DNA of 64,000 bases from Candidatus Eiseniibacteriota bacterium (GTDB lineage Bacteria > Eisenbacteria > RBG-16-71-46 > JABDJR01): contig CAVXKA010000002.1 of the NCBI GenBank assembly GCA_963762255.1, positions 1,372,572 to 1,436,571 of the forward strand, read 5' to 3'. Within the stretch, counting starts at the first letter, position 1; every line of letters begins with the position of its first letter. The notes beneath the pieces were generated by a model. The model searched no databases. It was not told the origin of the DNA and saw only the letters and a program-made list of their open reading frames with translations. A program made the position numbers and the translations under genes. Shown here in pieces: positions 32,406 through 43,385 of the stretch.

Positions 32406-32424
32406 CGCCTCCCAGCCCGCCGAC

Positions 32425-33423
32425 TCACCGCCGTCGCGCCCCACCGCGCGCTACCGCGGAGACGATCAACCGCTCTACCAGATCCTCGTAGCTGATGCCA
32501 TGCGCGCGCGCGGCCATCGGAACGAGGCTCGTCTCCGTCATGCCTGGAACGGTGTTGGCCTCCAGGAAGTACGGCCGATTCTCCGGGGTCAATCGAAAGT
32601 CGACCCGTGCCACGCCCGCGCATCCCAAGGTCGCGAACGCGCGCTCGCCCAGGCGCGAGACCTCGGCGGCGACCTCCGCCGGCAGCTCCGCCGGCACGAC
32701 GTACCGCGTCTGCCCCTTCGTGTACTTGTGACGGTAATCGTAGAAGCCCGCCTCGGGGATGATCTCCACGACCGGCAGCGCCTCGCCGTCCAGCACCGCC
32801 ACCGTGACCTCGCGACCGGGGATGAACTCTTCCACCAACACCGCGCCGTATTGAAACGCGTCGTCCAGCGCCGCCTCCAACTCGGAGGCTTCGACCACGA
32901 TGTGCACACCAACGCTCGAACCCTGAGCGTTCGGCTTCACGACCACCGGATAGCCACCCAGCGCCTGCACGTCCACGCCAGCGGCATCGCGCCGCTCCAG
33001 GAGAATCTCTCGCGGGGAAGGCACACCCGCCGCGCGCAGCAATGCCTTCGCTCTCGACTTGTCCATGGCGAGCGCGCTCGCCAGCATCCCCGAACCGGTG
33101 TACGGCACGCCGGCCAGATCGAGCAGCGCCTGAAGCGTCCCGTCCTCTCCGATCCCTCCGTGCAGCGCCACGAACACCGCGTCGCACGTTCCGATCTCGG
33201 GGTTCTCGGCCAGAACCAGGCTTCGCTCTTCCGCTTCCGGCGGCGGGGCCTCACCGATGCGATGCTGCGCGAGATGATCCAGCTCCAGCCGCCGCCCTGC
33301 CGCGGGGTCGAGCGGCACCACCGCGTGCCCGCGCGCGGAAAGCGCCTTCGCCACCCCGCGTCCGGTGGCAAGACTCACGTCCCGCTCCATACTGCTGCCG
33401 CCCATGAGCACGACCACCCGCAT
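32425..33423 (-). CDS. ddl: D-alanine--D-alanine ligase
   Basis: GGSSMERDVSL, LHGGIGEDG, GSSVG, YDYRHKY, LEANTVPGMT. Confidence 0.95.
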   Translation of the reverse strand: MRVVVLMGGSSMERDVSLATGRGVAKALSARGHAVVPLDPAAGRRLELDHLAQHRIGEAPPPEAEERSLVLAENPEIGTCDAVFVALHGGIGEDGTLQALLDLAGVPYTGSGMLASALAMDKSRAKALLRAAGVPSPREILLERRDAAGVDVQALGGYPVVVKPNAQGSSVGVHIVVEASELEAALDDAFQYGAVLVEEFIPGREVTVAVLDGEALPVVEIIPEAGFYDYRHKYTKGQTRYVVPAELPAEVAAEVSRLGERAFATLGCAGVARVDFRLTPENRPYFLEANTVPGMTETSLVPMAARAHGISYEDLVERLIVSAVARGGARRR

Positions 33424-33424
33424 G

Positions 33425-33925
33425 CTAGCTCTCGCCTCCCTCGATTGAAACCAATGCCACCGCTGAAGCCGCCGCGCCCTCGCCGCGTCCGATGAAGCCC
33501 ATACCTTCGGTGGTCGTGGCTTTCACCGAAACGCATTCGCCCGGCACGCCGAGAGCTTCCGCCAACCGCGCCCGCATCGCCTCGACGTGCGGTGCGATCT
33601 TCGGGTGCTCGAGGTAGAGCGTGCAGTCCACCTGCTCGGCGCGCGCGCGTCGTCCCGCCAGGAGCCCCACCGTCCGGCGCAGGAGATCGATGCTGTCCGC
33701 GCCGCGCCATTGTTCCTCCGAAGGCGGGAAGTGCCGGCCAAGATCCCCCATCGCGACCGCGCCCAGGAGCGCGTCGATCACCGCGTGGGTGAGTACGTCG
33801 GCGTCGGAGTGTCCCTCCAATCCCTGGCCGTGCGGGACGCGCACCCCGCCGAGGATCAGCGGCCGCCCGGTGATGAAGCGATGCGCGTCGAACCCGTGTC
33901 CCACGCGAAACGGCAACCCGCTCAT
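33425..33925 (-). CDS. ispF: MEcPP synthase
   Basis: GHGFDAH, GHSDADVLTHA, KATTTEGMG. Confidence 0.96.
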   Translation of the reverse strand: MSGLPFRVGHGFDAHRFITGRPLILGGVRVPHGQGLEGHSDADVLTHAVIDALLGAVAMGDLGRHFPPSEEQWRGADSIDLLRRTVGLLAGRRARAEQVDCTLYLEHPKIAPHVEAMRARLAEALGVPGECVSVKATTTEGMGFIGRGEGAAASAVALVSIEGGES

Positions 33926-33977
33926 GATCGCCTCCGCCCGTTCCGCGGGCCGCGGTCCCCTCCGGCCCCGGCGCCGC

Positions 33978-34679
33978 TCATTCCCGATACCCCCGCATGC
34001 GCAGGATCGCCTCGGCGAGGAGGAGATCGCTCGGCACGGTGATCTTGATGTTGGTCACTTCGCCCTCGACCCAGGACACCGGATGATTGATGCGCAAGAC
34101 GAGGGACGCTTCGTCGGTGCCCCTGAAGTGCTCCGCCCGCGCGCGCTGGTGCGCGTACTCGAGGACCGGCCGATGAAAGCCCTGGGGCGTCTGCACAGCG
34201 AGCAGCTCGGAGCGATCCACGTAGGCCTTGAGCCAGGTTTCATATCCCACGCGGGCCACGCTGTCACGCAACGGAAGCGCGGGCACCAGCGACTCGCCGC
34301 CGTCCAGCCGGTCGAGCACGCGGCGGATCAGATCGCGCGACACCAGCGGACGCGCCGCATCGTGAACGACGATCCAGTGCGGCTTGCCGCCCAGCGCATC
34401 GATGCCGTTGAACACCGAGTCCTGCCGCTCCGCCCCACCCGCCACCAGATCGACATCGCGCTGCAGGTGCAGCGGCGCGATCACCTGCTCTCGGAACAGG
34501 GCCTCGCTGCCGGGGGGCACCACGACCACGCGCTCCACGATCTCGTGGAAGTCGTCGAAGGCCAGCAAGGTCCACGCAAGAAGAGGATGACCCAGGAGAG
34601 GCACCAACGCCTTGGGCTCCGGGCGCCCCAGACGTTCGCCGCGCCCGGCGGCCACGATCACCAGACCGACGTCGTTCAT
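33978..34679 (-). CDS. ispD: CDP-ME synthase
   Basis: AAGRGERLG, GGAERQDSV, HDAARP, QTPQGF, NIKITVPSDL (3' part of track ORF 33978..36197). Confidence 0.93.
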   Translation of the reverse strand: MNDVGLVIVAAGRGERLGRPEPKALVPLLGHPLLAWTLLAFDDFHEIVERVVVVPPGSEALFREQVIAPLHLQRDVDLVAGGAERQDSVFNGIDALGGKPHWIVVHDAARPLVSRDLIRRVLDRLDGGESLVPALPLRDSVARVGYETWLKAYVDRSELLAVQTPQGFHRPVLEYAHQRARAEHFRGTDEASLVLRINHPVSWVEGEVTNIKITVPSDLLLAEAILRMRGYRE

Positions 34680-36172
34680 CGCTCGCGTCCTCCAGGCATC
34701 TGTGCGTGCGCCCGCCGAGGCCCACCCGCCGACCCGCGTCCACCGCCCGCCATCCCTCGTCCGCCACCCGGCGCGTCGCGATGCCCCGACCGCGGCGCCC
34801 CCGAGATCCCCAGCGCCTTCTCCAACGCCTCGTCCACCCGCGCCACCGGCACGAGCGTGAGCGGGGCCGCCTCCATTTCCTTGACCGCGCGTGCCGGGAC
34901 GATCGCCTGCGTGAAGCCGAGCTTGGACGCCTCGTGCAGGCGATGCTGCAATTGCCCTACCCGACGGACCTCGCCGCCCAAACCGACCTCGCCCACCACC
35001 ACTGTACGCCCGTCCAACGGAATGTCGTGATACGAGGAGGCGACCGCCATCGCCACCGCGAGGTCGATCGCGGGCTCGACGACTCGGAACCCTCCCGCCA
35101 CGCTCACGAACACGTCGCTGGTCGAGAAGTCCAACCCGGCGCGCTTCTCGAGCACGGCCAACAGCACCGCGAGCCGGCGCGCGTCCACCCCGGTGGCCAC
35201 GCGACGCGGCACGCTGAACCCGGCGCTGCCGACCAGTGCCTGCACTTCGAGCAGGATCGGCCGCGTCCCCTCCAGAGCGGGCGAGACCGCCGATCCCGAC
35301 ATGCCCTCGCGGCGTTCCTCCAATAGGAACTCCGAAGGATTCGAGACCGCTCGCAATCCATCGTCCCCCATCTCGAACACGCCGACTTCGTGGGTCGGAC
35401 CGAACCGGTTCTTGGCCGCCCGGAACAGTCGATAGTGATGATAGCGGTCGCCTTCGAGGTAGAGCACCGCGTCCACCATGTGCTCCATGACGCGCGGGCC
35501 GGCCACCATGCCTTCCTTGGTCACGTGCCCGACCAGGATGACCGGGATCTGCGAGCGCTTGGCGAGTTCCAGAAAGTAGAGCGTGTTGTCGCGCACCTGG
35601 GCCACGCTTCCCGGCGCGCTGTCCGCCTCCGCGCTGTGCAGCGTCTGCACCGAGTCGACGATGATCACGTCCGGAGAAGCGGCCTCGAACGCCGGCGCCA
35701 CCGTCTCCACCCGGGTCGAAGCGAGCACTTGCAGGCGCTCGTCGATCCCGCCGAGTCGCCGGCTGCGCATACGGAGTTGGCGCTCCGATTCCTCCGCGCT
35801 GACGTAGAGCACCACGAGACCCTGCGCGGCGTAGGCCGAGGCCGCCTGCAACAGCAACGTGGACTTCCCCACCCCGGGATCGCCGGCCACCAATACCAGG
35901 CTCCCCGGCACGAGTCCGCCGCCCAGCACGCGGTCGAACTCCTCGATGCCGGTGCGGTAGCGGGGGAGGCTCTCGGCGTCGATATCGCCCAGGGACTTGA
36001 CGATCGGTGTTTCCGCGCGGCCCGGCGAGCCGCCCCAGCCGCGGCCGCGCGGGGGCGCCTCGACCCGGCGCTCCTCGAGCGAGTTCCAGGCTTCGCAACC
36101 GGGGCAGCGCCCCAGCCATTGGGGCGCGATGTGGCCGCACTCGCGGCAGACAAAGCGCGTCTTGACCTTCAT
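34676..36172 (-). CDS. radA: DNA repair protein RadA/Sms
   Basis: CRECG...GRCPGC Zn finger, GDPGVGKST, KNRFG; own ATG and RBS at 36172. Confidence 0.95.
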   Translation of the reverse strand: MKVKTRFVCRECGHIAPQWLGRCPGCEAWNSLEERRVEAPPRGRGWGGSPGRAETPIVKSLGDIDAESLPRYRTGIEEFDRVLGGGLVPGSLVLVAGDPGVGKSTLLLQAASAYAAQGLVVLYVSAEESERQLRMRSRRLGGIDERLQVLASTRVETVAPAFEAASPDVIIVDSVQTLHSAEADSAPGSVAQVRDNTLYFLELAKRSQIPVILVGHVTKEGMVAGPRVMEHMVDAVLYLEGDRYHHYRLFRAAKNRFGPTHEVGVFEMGDDGLRAVSNPSEFLLEERREGMSGSAVSPALEGTRPILLEVQALVGSAGFSVPRRVATGVDARRLAVLLAVLEKRAGLDFSTSDVFVSVAGGFRVVEPAIDLAVAMAVASSYHDIPLDGRTVVVGEVGLGGEVRRVGQLQHRLHEASKLGFTQAIVPARAVKEMEAAPLTLVPVARVDEALEKALGISGAPRSGHRDAPGGGRGMAGGGRGSAGGPRRAHAQMPGGRER

Positions 36173-36292
36173 TCCAGCTCCCTTCCGACGGGGCCACCGG
36201 CGGGTGGGGGGAGGCAGGACGCGGGGGCGGGAAGCGCGCGCTGCGCCGCCTCGCGGATCGCGCTCGCCGCGCCGCCTTCCCGATCGCGCGGG

Positions 36293-37195
36293 ATAGAACA
36301 CGCTGACCTTGAAGTAGCGGCGTGGGTTCTTCTTGACGTCGTTGAGGAGCGCGCGAGTGTCCTGCACCGTGGTGACCAGTTCGTCGTAGAGCGCCCGGTC
36401 GTGAATAACCTGGGAGAGGGTGCCCTGCGAAGAGTCCACCATCGCCATCACGTTGTCCATGCGCAGGAGCGTGCGATTCAGGGTCACCAGGGTCGTGTCG
36501 AGTCGAACGGACGCTTTCGCGGCGCCGTCCAGGATCTGGCCCAGCTCGTCGCCGCGCCCCTCCATCGCGATGCGCAGCTCCCGTGTGGCCGCCTGCATGT
36601 CCGTGAGCATGAGCGAGAGGTCCTCGTGGTTCCGCTGGAGCAATGTCGCGAGCTGCGCGGTCACCTGCTCCGTATTGGCAAGCGTGCGGACGAGAAGCTC
36701 CTGATCGGATTCGCTGAAAGCGGCGAGCAGCGTGTCCAGTCGCGTGGCCAACCGCTCGAAGGTGGCTATGCTGCCTCCCAGGCTCGACATGAGCTGAGGG
36801 ATGCCGGCCTGATACTCACCGTGAAGCACGGCGCCGGGAGGGAGCGGCTCGGCGGGCGGCCCCGGATACACGGCCACCAGCTTCTGCCCCATGATCCCGA
36901 CGTTCTCGAGCACGACCTTCGTGTGCGGGTAGAGACGGATACCCTTCTCGAGTTGCATGGTGACCACCGAACTCCCGTTCTCGAACGCGATGGCGGACAC
37001 CTTCCCCGAGGGTACGCCCTGCACTTCGACCGGGTCTCCCTTGAGGAGCCCGCTCGCGGTGGAGAACTCCACCTTCACGTCGTACGTGGCGCCGCGGATC
37101 TTGAAGTCCTTGAACCACAGCACGCCCCAGATCAGGACGACGATGGCCAGGATGAAGACGACGCCGACCTGGACTTGGTATCGCTGCTCCGTCAT
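36293..37195 (-). CDS. mlaD: MlaD/MCE family protein (expected stop missing)
   Basis: N-terminal TM, GLLKGDPV..QGVPSGKV, helical tail ending KNPRRYFKVSVF. Confidence 0.85.
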
Positions 37196-37204
37196 CGGGC
37201 TCTC

Positions 37205-37996
37205 CTACCTCCGGCGCGCTCCGGCTGGGCCGTGCTGCGCCCCGGCATCGGGCCCGCGGGTGAGCGGGCCGTCCGCCGACGCGGTGATGAACTGGTGGAC
37301 CACCGGGTCGTCGCTCTTCTGGATCTCGGCGGGGGTTCCGTCGAAGTAGATCTTGCCCTCGTGCAGCAGGCAGAGACGATCCCCCACGAAATAGGCGCTG
37401 TGCAGGTCGTGGGTCACCACGATCGAGGTCACCCGCAGCCGCTCCTGCATCTCGCGGATGAGTTCGTTGATCTGCTGCGCGGTCACCGGATCGAGCCCGG
37501 TGGTGGGCTCGTCGTAAAGAATGTACTCGGGTTCCATGGCGATGGCGCGGGCCAGCCCGACGCGCTTGCGCATGCCGCCGGAGAGATCCGAGGGCTTCTT
37601 GGCCTCGGCTCCGGAGAGACCCACCATCTCGAGCTTCTCGGCCACGATCGCCGCGATCTCCGCCCGGGTCTTCTTCGTGTGCTCGCGCAGGGCCAGCCCC
37701 ACGTTCTCCCCGACCGTCATCGAATCGAAGAGCGCCGCTCCCTGGAAGAGCATGCCGAACTTCTTCCGCAGCTCGGCAAGCTCGTCGTACTTGAGCTGCG
37801 TGACCTCCTGCCCGTCCACCGCCACGGTGCCCCGGTCGGGCTTCATGAGGCCGATGATGTGCTTCAAGAGCACGCTCTTCCCGGTGCCGGACCGACCCAG
37901 CACCACGATGCACTCGGCGTTGCGGATGTCGAGATCGATGCCGTCGAGGACGGTCAGCGGCCCGAATTGCTTGTGGAGATCGCGGATCTCGATCAC
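37205..37996 (-). CDS. mlaF: MlaF-type ABC ATPase
   Basis: GRSGTGKS, FQGAALFDS, LSGGMRKRVG, YDEPTTGLDP. Confidence 0.92.
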   Translation of the reverse strand: MIEIRDLHKQFGPLTVLDGIDLDIRNAECIVVLGRSGTGKSVLLKHIIGLMKPDRGTVAVDGQEVTQLKYDELAELRKKFGMLFQGAALFDSMTVGENVGLALREHTKKTRAEIAAIVAEKLEMVGLSGAEAKKPSDLSGGMRKRVGLARAIAMEPEYILYDEPTTGLDPVTAQQINELIREMQERLRVTSIVVTHDLHSAYFVGDRLCLLHEGKIYFDGTPAEIQKSDDPVVHQFITASADGPLTRGPDAGAQHGPAGARRR

Positions 37997-38008
37997 GGTT
38001 CCTGGTTC

Positions 38009-38857
38009 CTATACCACTGCGAAGATGATGCGGAAGATGACCTCCGCCAGAAAGTAGTCCGCCACCAGGATCAGGACACAGCTCGCCACCACGGCCTTCG
38101 TCGTGGCGATCCCGACCCCCTCCGCACCGCCCGTGGTCTGGAATCCGTAGTAGCACCCCTCGACGGCGATGATGGTGCCGAAGACGAAGGACTTGAGGAG
38201 TCCGCCGTAGATGTCGTCGGGGTTGAAGAGGATCTTCATGCCCCGGGTGAACATGTCGGTGGAGATGCCGACCCGCGTCACCGCCACCGTCATGCCGCCG
38301 AGGATGGCGATGGTGTTGGCGAACACGGTGACGACGGGGAGCATGAAGAACGCGGCCACCAGTCGCGGCACGGCAAGAAATCGCACCGGGCGGATGGCCA
38401 GCGTCTCAAGAGCGTCCACCTGCTCGGTCACCCGCATGGTGCCGATCTCTGCCGCGAACGAGGCTCCCACGCGGGCGCCGACCACGAGCGCGGTCAGCAC
38501 CGGGCCCAGTTCGATGAAGACCGACTTCGCGATGAACGTCCCTACGAAGACCAGCGGCACCGACCCTTGAAACTGGTAGGCCGCCTGCAGCGCGGACACG
38601 CCGCCCACGAAGAGCGAGGTCAGGAAGACGAGCGGAAGCGAACCCACCCCAATGAAGCGGGCCTGGGCGAGGATGAGGCGGAAGTAGCGAAGCCCCGGAG
38701 GGAGTTCACGGGCCAGCTCGATCAGGAAGAGGGCGAAGCGCCCCCCGGCCGACACCGCCCCGGCCACCGTCGTACCCACCCAGCGCACGGGTGCGTACCA
38801 CGCGGTTGCCCATTCAGCGTCCCGGAGGTCTGCCAACGCGTTGCTTTTCATGGTCAT
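38009..38857 (-). CDS. mlaE: MlaE-type permease
   Basis: ELGPVLTA...AEIGTMRVTEQVDAL, GGAEGVG.ATT. Confidence 0.93.
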   Translation of the reverse strand: MTMKSNALADLRDAEWATAWYAPVRWVGTTVAGAVSAGGRFALFLIELARELPPGLRYFRLILAQARFIGVGSLPLVFLTSLFVGGVSALQAAYQFQGSVPLVFVGTFIAKSVFIELGPVLTALVVGARVGASFAAEIGTMRVTEQVDALETLAIRPVRFLAVPRLVAAFFMLPVVTVFANTIAILGGMTVAVTRVGISTDMFTRGMKILFNPDDIYGGLLKSFVFGTIIAVEGCYYGFQTTGGAEGVGIATTKAVVASCVLILVADYFLAEVIFRIIFAVV

Positions 38858-38966
38858 CCGTAATTAGATCGGCACGGCGGGAGGGAAGTTCCAGCCGTCC
38901 CGCTCCCGCGAGCATAACGGCAATCGGGGCAAGCGGGTAAGCCGGGAACGGGGGCGTCGACCGACC

Positions 38967-40343
38967 CTAGATCGACGGTTCCTGCGCCGACGTGAAGCTC
39001 TCGAAGCGCGTGTAGTCGGAGATGAAGGCCACACGGACCACGCCCACCGGGCCGTTACGCTGCTTTCCGATGATGATCTCGCCCATGCCCTCGTTCTCGT
39101 CGGTTCGCCGGTAGTGCTCTTCGCGGTAGACGAAGCAGACAAGGTCGGCATCCTGCTCGATGGCGCCCGATTCGCGCAGGTCGCTCAGCATCGGGCGATG
39201 CTCGGTGCGTGCCTCCACCGCGCGCGAGAGCTGGGAGAGCGCGACCACCGGGATCTTCAGCTCCTTGGCCAGGGCCTTGAGCCAGCGCGAGATCTCGCTG
39301 ATCTCCTGCTGGCGGCTCTCGATCTTGCCGCTGCCGCGCATCAGCTGGAGGTAGTCGACAACGATGAGCCCGAGGTCGCACTCGTTCTTGAGGCGGCGGG
39401 CCTTGGCGCGCATCTCCAGCACGCTCATCGAGGCCGAGTCGTCGATGTAGATCGGCGCCTCGAAGAGTTCCCCCGCGGCGGTGTTGAGGAGCGGCCACTC
39501 CTTGCCCTGGAGGTAGCCCGTGCGCAGGCGGTGCGCGCTCACCCGCGCCTCGCTGCACAGGAGCCGTACCAGCAGCTGCTCGGTGGCCATTTCCAGGCTG
39601 AAGATCCCCACCCCGCGCTTTGCCCGCAGCGCCACGTGGGAGGCGATGTTGAGCGCCAGCGAGGTCTTACCCATCGACGGTCGCCCGGCAAGAACGATGA
39701 AGTCCCCGTCCTGGAAGCCGCTCGTCAGGTGATCGAGATCGACGAACCCGGTGGCAAGTCCGGTGACCGTCGCCTTGTCCTGGTAGAGCTTCTCGATCCG
39801 CTTGATGGTGGGGGTCATCAACTCCTGGACCCGCACGAATCCCTTGCGCACGCGAGCGTCCGAGATGTCGAACATGGCCCGCTCGGCCTCGTCGAGCAGG
39901 TCGGCCGCGTTGTCCCGCCCGTCGAAGGCGCGGGAGGCCATCTCGGTGGAGACCTCGATCAGCCGGCGCAGGATCGCCTTCTCCTTGATGATCTGCGCGT
40001 GATACTCGACGTTGGCGGAGGTGGCGACCGAGTCCATGAGCCCGGCCAGATAGGTGGCGCCCCCCACCGACTCGAAGTCGCCCTGGCGGCGAAGCTCGTC
40101 GGCCACCGTGATCGCGTCGATGGCGTCTTCCTTGCGCTGCCACAAGGTGACCAGCGCGTTGAAGATCCGCCGGTGAGCCGGGCGGTAGAAGGCGCTCTCC
40201 TCGATCACCTCGAGCGCGCGGGCGAGGGCCTTGGAGTCGAGGAGCGCCGCCCCTAGCACGGATCGTTCGGCTTCCAGGGCCTGAGGCGGTACGCGCAAGC
40301 CCTCACCCATGGCTTCGCGCAGTTGACTATCGGTTGTGGACAC
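38967..40343 (-). CDS. dnaB: Replicative DNA helicase
   Basis: GRPSMGKT, VDYLQLM, LSQLSR, DLRESGAIEQDAD, KQRNGP. Confidence 0.97.
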   Translation of the reverse strand: MSTTDSQLREAMGEGLRVPPQALEAERSVLGAALLDSKALARALEVIEESAFYRPAHRRIFNALVTLWQRKEDAIDAITVADELRRQGDFESVGGATYLAGLMDSVATSANVEYHAQIIKEKAILRRLIEVSTEMASRAFDGRDNAADLLDEAERAMFDISDARVRKGFVRVQELMTPTIKRIEKLYQDKATVTGLATGFVDLDHLTSGFQDGDFIVLAGRPSMGKTSLALNIASHVALRAKRGVGIFSLEMATEQLLVRLLCSEARVSAHRLRTGYLQGKEWPLLNTAAGELFEAPIYIDDSASMSVLEMRAKARRLKNECDLGLIVVDYLQLMRGSGKIESRQQEISEISRWLKALAKELKIPVVALSQLSRAVEARTEHRPMLSDLRESGAIEQDADLVCFVYREEHYRRTDENEGMGEIIIGKQRNGPVGVVRVAFISDYTRFESFTSAQEPSI

Positions 40344-40554
40344 GCGGAATCCCCCCGCGCGCTGTCGGCAAGGCGGCAGCGCGACGATCCTGCGCCTATG
40401 TGCAAGTGCCTATGTGGTCGGGTGAGGCGGACGAAGTTCTTCGCGGCCCGCGCAACAACGCGCCGGTCTCGCGAGACCACCGCGAGAATGTAAGAGATGG
40501 GGTAGACACAATTGAAGCACATCGTGGAGGCCGGCGCGCCGGAAGGGGGAAGGA

Positions 40555-40808
40555 TGTGGATAGGAGACCGTTGAAATCGCAGCGGGGCGGCGGCGAGGCG
40601 TCCAGCCCCCGAGATTCGCGAAATCGCCGCCGTGCCGCCCTTTTCCACTTATCCCCGGCCGGATGGGGAAAACCCGGGTCGCGACTGGGCACGGTTTCTG
40701 GTTTTGGGGGTCGTTCAGTAACCCGCTGACATATAACAAGTTAAGACCACGGCGTCGCGGGGCATGACCCCACCGCGACGACGGTCTGCTGGAAAACCCG
40801 GTGGATAA
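40555..40808. promoter_or_regulatory. Cluster of DnaA-box-like 9-mers
   Basis: TGTGGATAG 40555, TTTTCCACT 40641, TTATCCCCG 40649, TGGGGAAAA 40664, GCTGGAAAA 40788, GGTGGATAA 40800. Confidence 0.5.
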
Positions 40809-40898
40809 TGGGGTTAGTGGACCGCGTTAACAAGGTGAGTCAACCGATCACATTTCGGGGCGGGCTACCACCCGACTGCAACGAGGCCGCAATCTCTT

Positions 40899-41738
40899 TC
40901 AGCGCAAGTACTCGCGCCGCAGGAGTTGAAAGTCCTCCCACACGACCCGTTTCCAGTCGGGGTTTCGCAAGAGCGCCGCGGGATGATAGGTCGAGAGCAC
41001 TGGGATGCGCTCCTGGTAGGCGAGGATCTTCCCGCGCAGGCTGCCCATCGGCGCGCCGAGCTGGCCGACCAGGTAGCCGGCGGCGAACCGTCCGAGAGCG
41101 CAGATGATCTTCGGGTTCACGAGCTCGATCTGCTCCTCCAGGTAGGGCGTGCACGCGGCGATCTCGTCGGGATGCGGATCGCGATTGTTGGGGGGGCGGC
41201 ACTTGAGAATGTTGGCGATGTAGATCTCCTCGCGCCGGAAACCCGCCGCGTCGAGGATCTGATCGAGAAGCTTCCCGGCGCGGCCGACGAAGGGCTCGCC
41301 GAGGCGATCTTCATCCGCGCCCGGGGCCTCGCCGATGAACATCACCCGGTTGCGCGCGCGGCCGCGGGCGAAGACGACCTGCGTGCGGGTCGAACAGAGC
41401 CCGCACTTCTGGCAGGTGGAGGCGGTCGTCGCAAGCACGCGAAGCTGCGCCATGCGCTCTTCGTAGTCCGGGGCAACGGGCTCGACGTCGATGACCGAGA
41501 GCTTCTTGCCGCGGTCGCCGGAGGACGGCGGCGGCGCTGCCAGCCCTGCGGCCGGCTTCGGAGCCGCCGGCCCAGCAGCCGGTGCAGGCTTGAGCGCGGA
41601 CGCGGGCGAGCGCGGCCGGTCGAGCGCCTCCCGCAGCTCGACCGAGGTCAGGTGCGTGCGACCTCGGTCGCGCTCCCGCTCCAGGTGCGCGCGCAGCTCA
41701 GCGCTGAGCGCCGCGAGGTCGTCGCGTGATTCGCTCAC
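40899..41738 (-). CDS. Uracil-DNA glycosylase family 4
   Basis: [38 protein letters not shown]. Confidence 0.93.
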   Translation of the reverse strand: MSESRDDLAALSAELRAHLERERDRGRTHLTSVELREALDRPRSPASALKPAPAAGPAAPKPAAGLAAPPPSSGDRGKKLSVIDVEPVAPDYEERMAQLRVLATTASTCQKCGLCSTRTQVVFARGRARNRVMFIGEAPGADEDRLGEPFVGRAGKLLDQILDAAGFRREEIYIANILKCRPPNNRDPHPDEIAACTPYLEEQIELVNPKIICALGRFAAGYLVGQLGAPMGSLRGKILAYQERIPVLSTYHPAALLRNPDWKRVVWEDFQLLRREYLR

Positions 41739-42979
41739 CGGTCAGCCTCCGAGGGGCCACGCTGCGGCGCGCGACCACCCAATCAAGAATGCGTTGCGCG
41801 ACCTCGCGCTTGGGCAGCACGGGCAGCCGCCGTCCCGTCTTGCCGCGCTCGAGAAGCCACACGACGTTAGTGTCGCCGCCGATCGCCGCCCCCGGAATGT
41901 TGGGGTTGTTGACCACGATGAGATCGACGTTCTTCTTTTCGAGCTTCTCGCGCCCACGCTCCTGCGGATTCTCGGTCTCCAGGGCGAATCCCACCAGGAT
42001 CTGTCCCTCTCGCCGTTGCCCGGCGAGTTCGGCCAGTATGTCGGGGTTGGCCTTGAGGGCAAGGTCCAGGTCGCCCTTCCCCCGGCGGATCTTGGTTGGG
42101 GTCACCTTCGCGGCGCGGAAGTCGCCCACCGCCGCCGCCATGACCAGCACGTCGCACAGGGGGAAGAGCCGTCCGGCGGCGTCCGCCAACTCGTTCGTGC
42201 TGCCGATGCGCTCGACCACGATCCCCTCGGGGGGCGGCACGTCCATCGGCCCCGCGAGCAAGGTCACATGGGCGCCTCGGGCCAGCGCCTCTTCGGCCAG
42301 CGCAACTCCCATCTTGCCGCTCGATCGGTTGGTGAGGATGCGCACCGAGTCCAGCGGCTCCTCGGTGCGGCCCGCCGTCACGAGCACGCGCACGCCGGCC
42401 AGATCCTGCGGGTGGCCGATCAGCTCGACGACGCGCCCGAGAAGGGTCGCGGGCTCGGCCATGCGCCCCGGCCCGTGCTCGCGACAGGCCATCCACCCCT
42501 CTTCCGGGGTCCGCGACCTGATGGCCGAGTCGCCGCAACCGCGCGAGATTGTCCTGCGTGATCGGGTTCTTCCACATGCGGTGGTTCATCGCGGGGGCCC
42601 AGAGGATCTCGGTTCCGGCCGCCACGAGCACCGTGCTCAAGGCGTCGTCGGCGAGGCCCCACGCCGCCTTCGCCAGCGTGTTGGCGGTGGCGGGCGCGAC
42701 CACGACGAGGTCAGCGTCCTTGACGACCTCGATGTGATCGATCCCGGTGTCGTCGCTCTCGCCCGGGCGCGCATCGTCGTCGGCCCAGAGCGAGGTCAAC
42801 ACGGGATGTCCGGAGAGCGCGCGAAAGGTGAGCGGGGCCACGAAGCGCGTGGCCGCGCGCGTCATCACCACACGCACGTCGGCGCCTTCCTGCATGAGCA
42901 GCCGCAGGAACTCCGCCGCCTTGTAGGCCGCGATCCCCCCCGAGACCCCGAGCACGATCTTCTTTCCCTTGAGCTTCAT
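41698..42979 (-). CDS. coaBC: Bifunctional PPC decarboxylase/synthetase (one frameshift near 42507)
   Basis: GGIAAYKA, APATAN, PAMN; then TAGRTEEPLDSVR..TNRSSGKMG, AAAVGDF, GFALET; removing one C from a C run restores DPEEGWMAC. Confidence 0.92.
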
Positions 42980-43103
42980 GGCTTTCGTCCCGCCTCCGTT
43001 TCAGTCCTGCGGCGTCCGCGGCGCGAGCGCCGCGTGCCGATCCCGGGATCGCGCGCGGTGCCGCTCACCGATCCCGAGAGCAAGCCGACCCCCATAAAAT
43101 AGC

Positions 43104-43131
43104 AAAAGGCCGGAGGGTTCACCTCCGGCCT
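43104..43131 (-). terminator. Intrinsic terminator after rpoZ
   Basis: Minus strand AGGCCGGAGG-TGAAC-CCTCCGGCCT followed by TTTGCTATTTT. Confidence 0.75.
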
Positions 43132-43163
43132 CGTTCCGGCGCGCGAGGCGCCCGGCAATTCGA

Positions 43164-43385
43164 TCAGGAGTCGGAGTCCCCGCCGTCGGAGGCGAAGGGA
43201 AGCTCAGCGGAAACGGGAGCCTCCGGAAGTGCCTCCTCCCAGGTGTACTTGATCTTGCCGTCGTGCAGGCGCTCCCAGGCGAGGATCGTGGGGCGGCGCT
43301 TCAACTCCCGGCCGTAGCTGCGGGCCACGTCGTTCAGGCGGCGCGCTTCGCGGGATGCGATGACAACCATCTCGTACTTGTTCAT
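43164..43385 (-). CDS. rpoZ: RNA polymerase omega subunit
   Basis: NKYEMVVIASREARRLN...PTILAW; lies between gmk and coaBC. Confidence 0.8.
   Translation of the reverse strand: MNKYEMVVIASREARRLNDVARSYGRELKRRPTILAWERLHDGKIKYTWEEALPEAPVSAELPFASDGGDSDS

Noticed and set aside
42495-42515. Split or programmed-frameshift coaBC
   Set aside because: One extra C in a homopolymer of an essential gene; sequencing error is more likely
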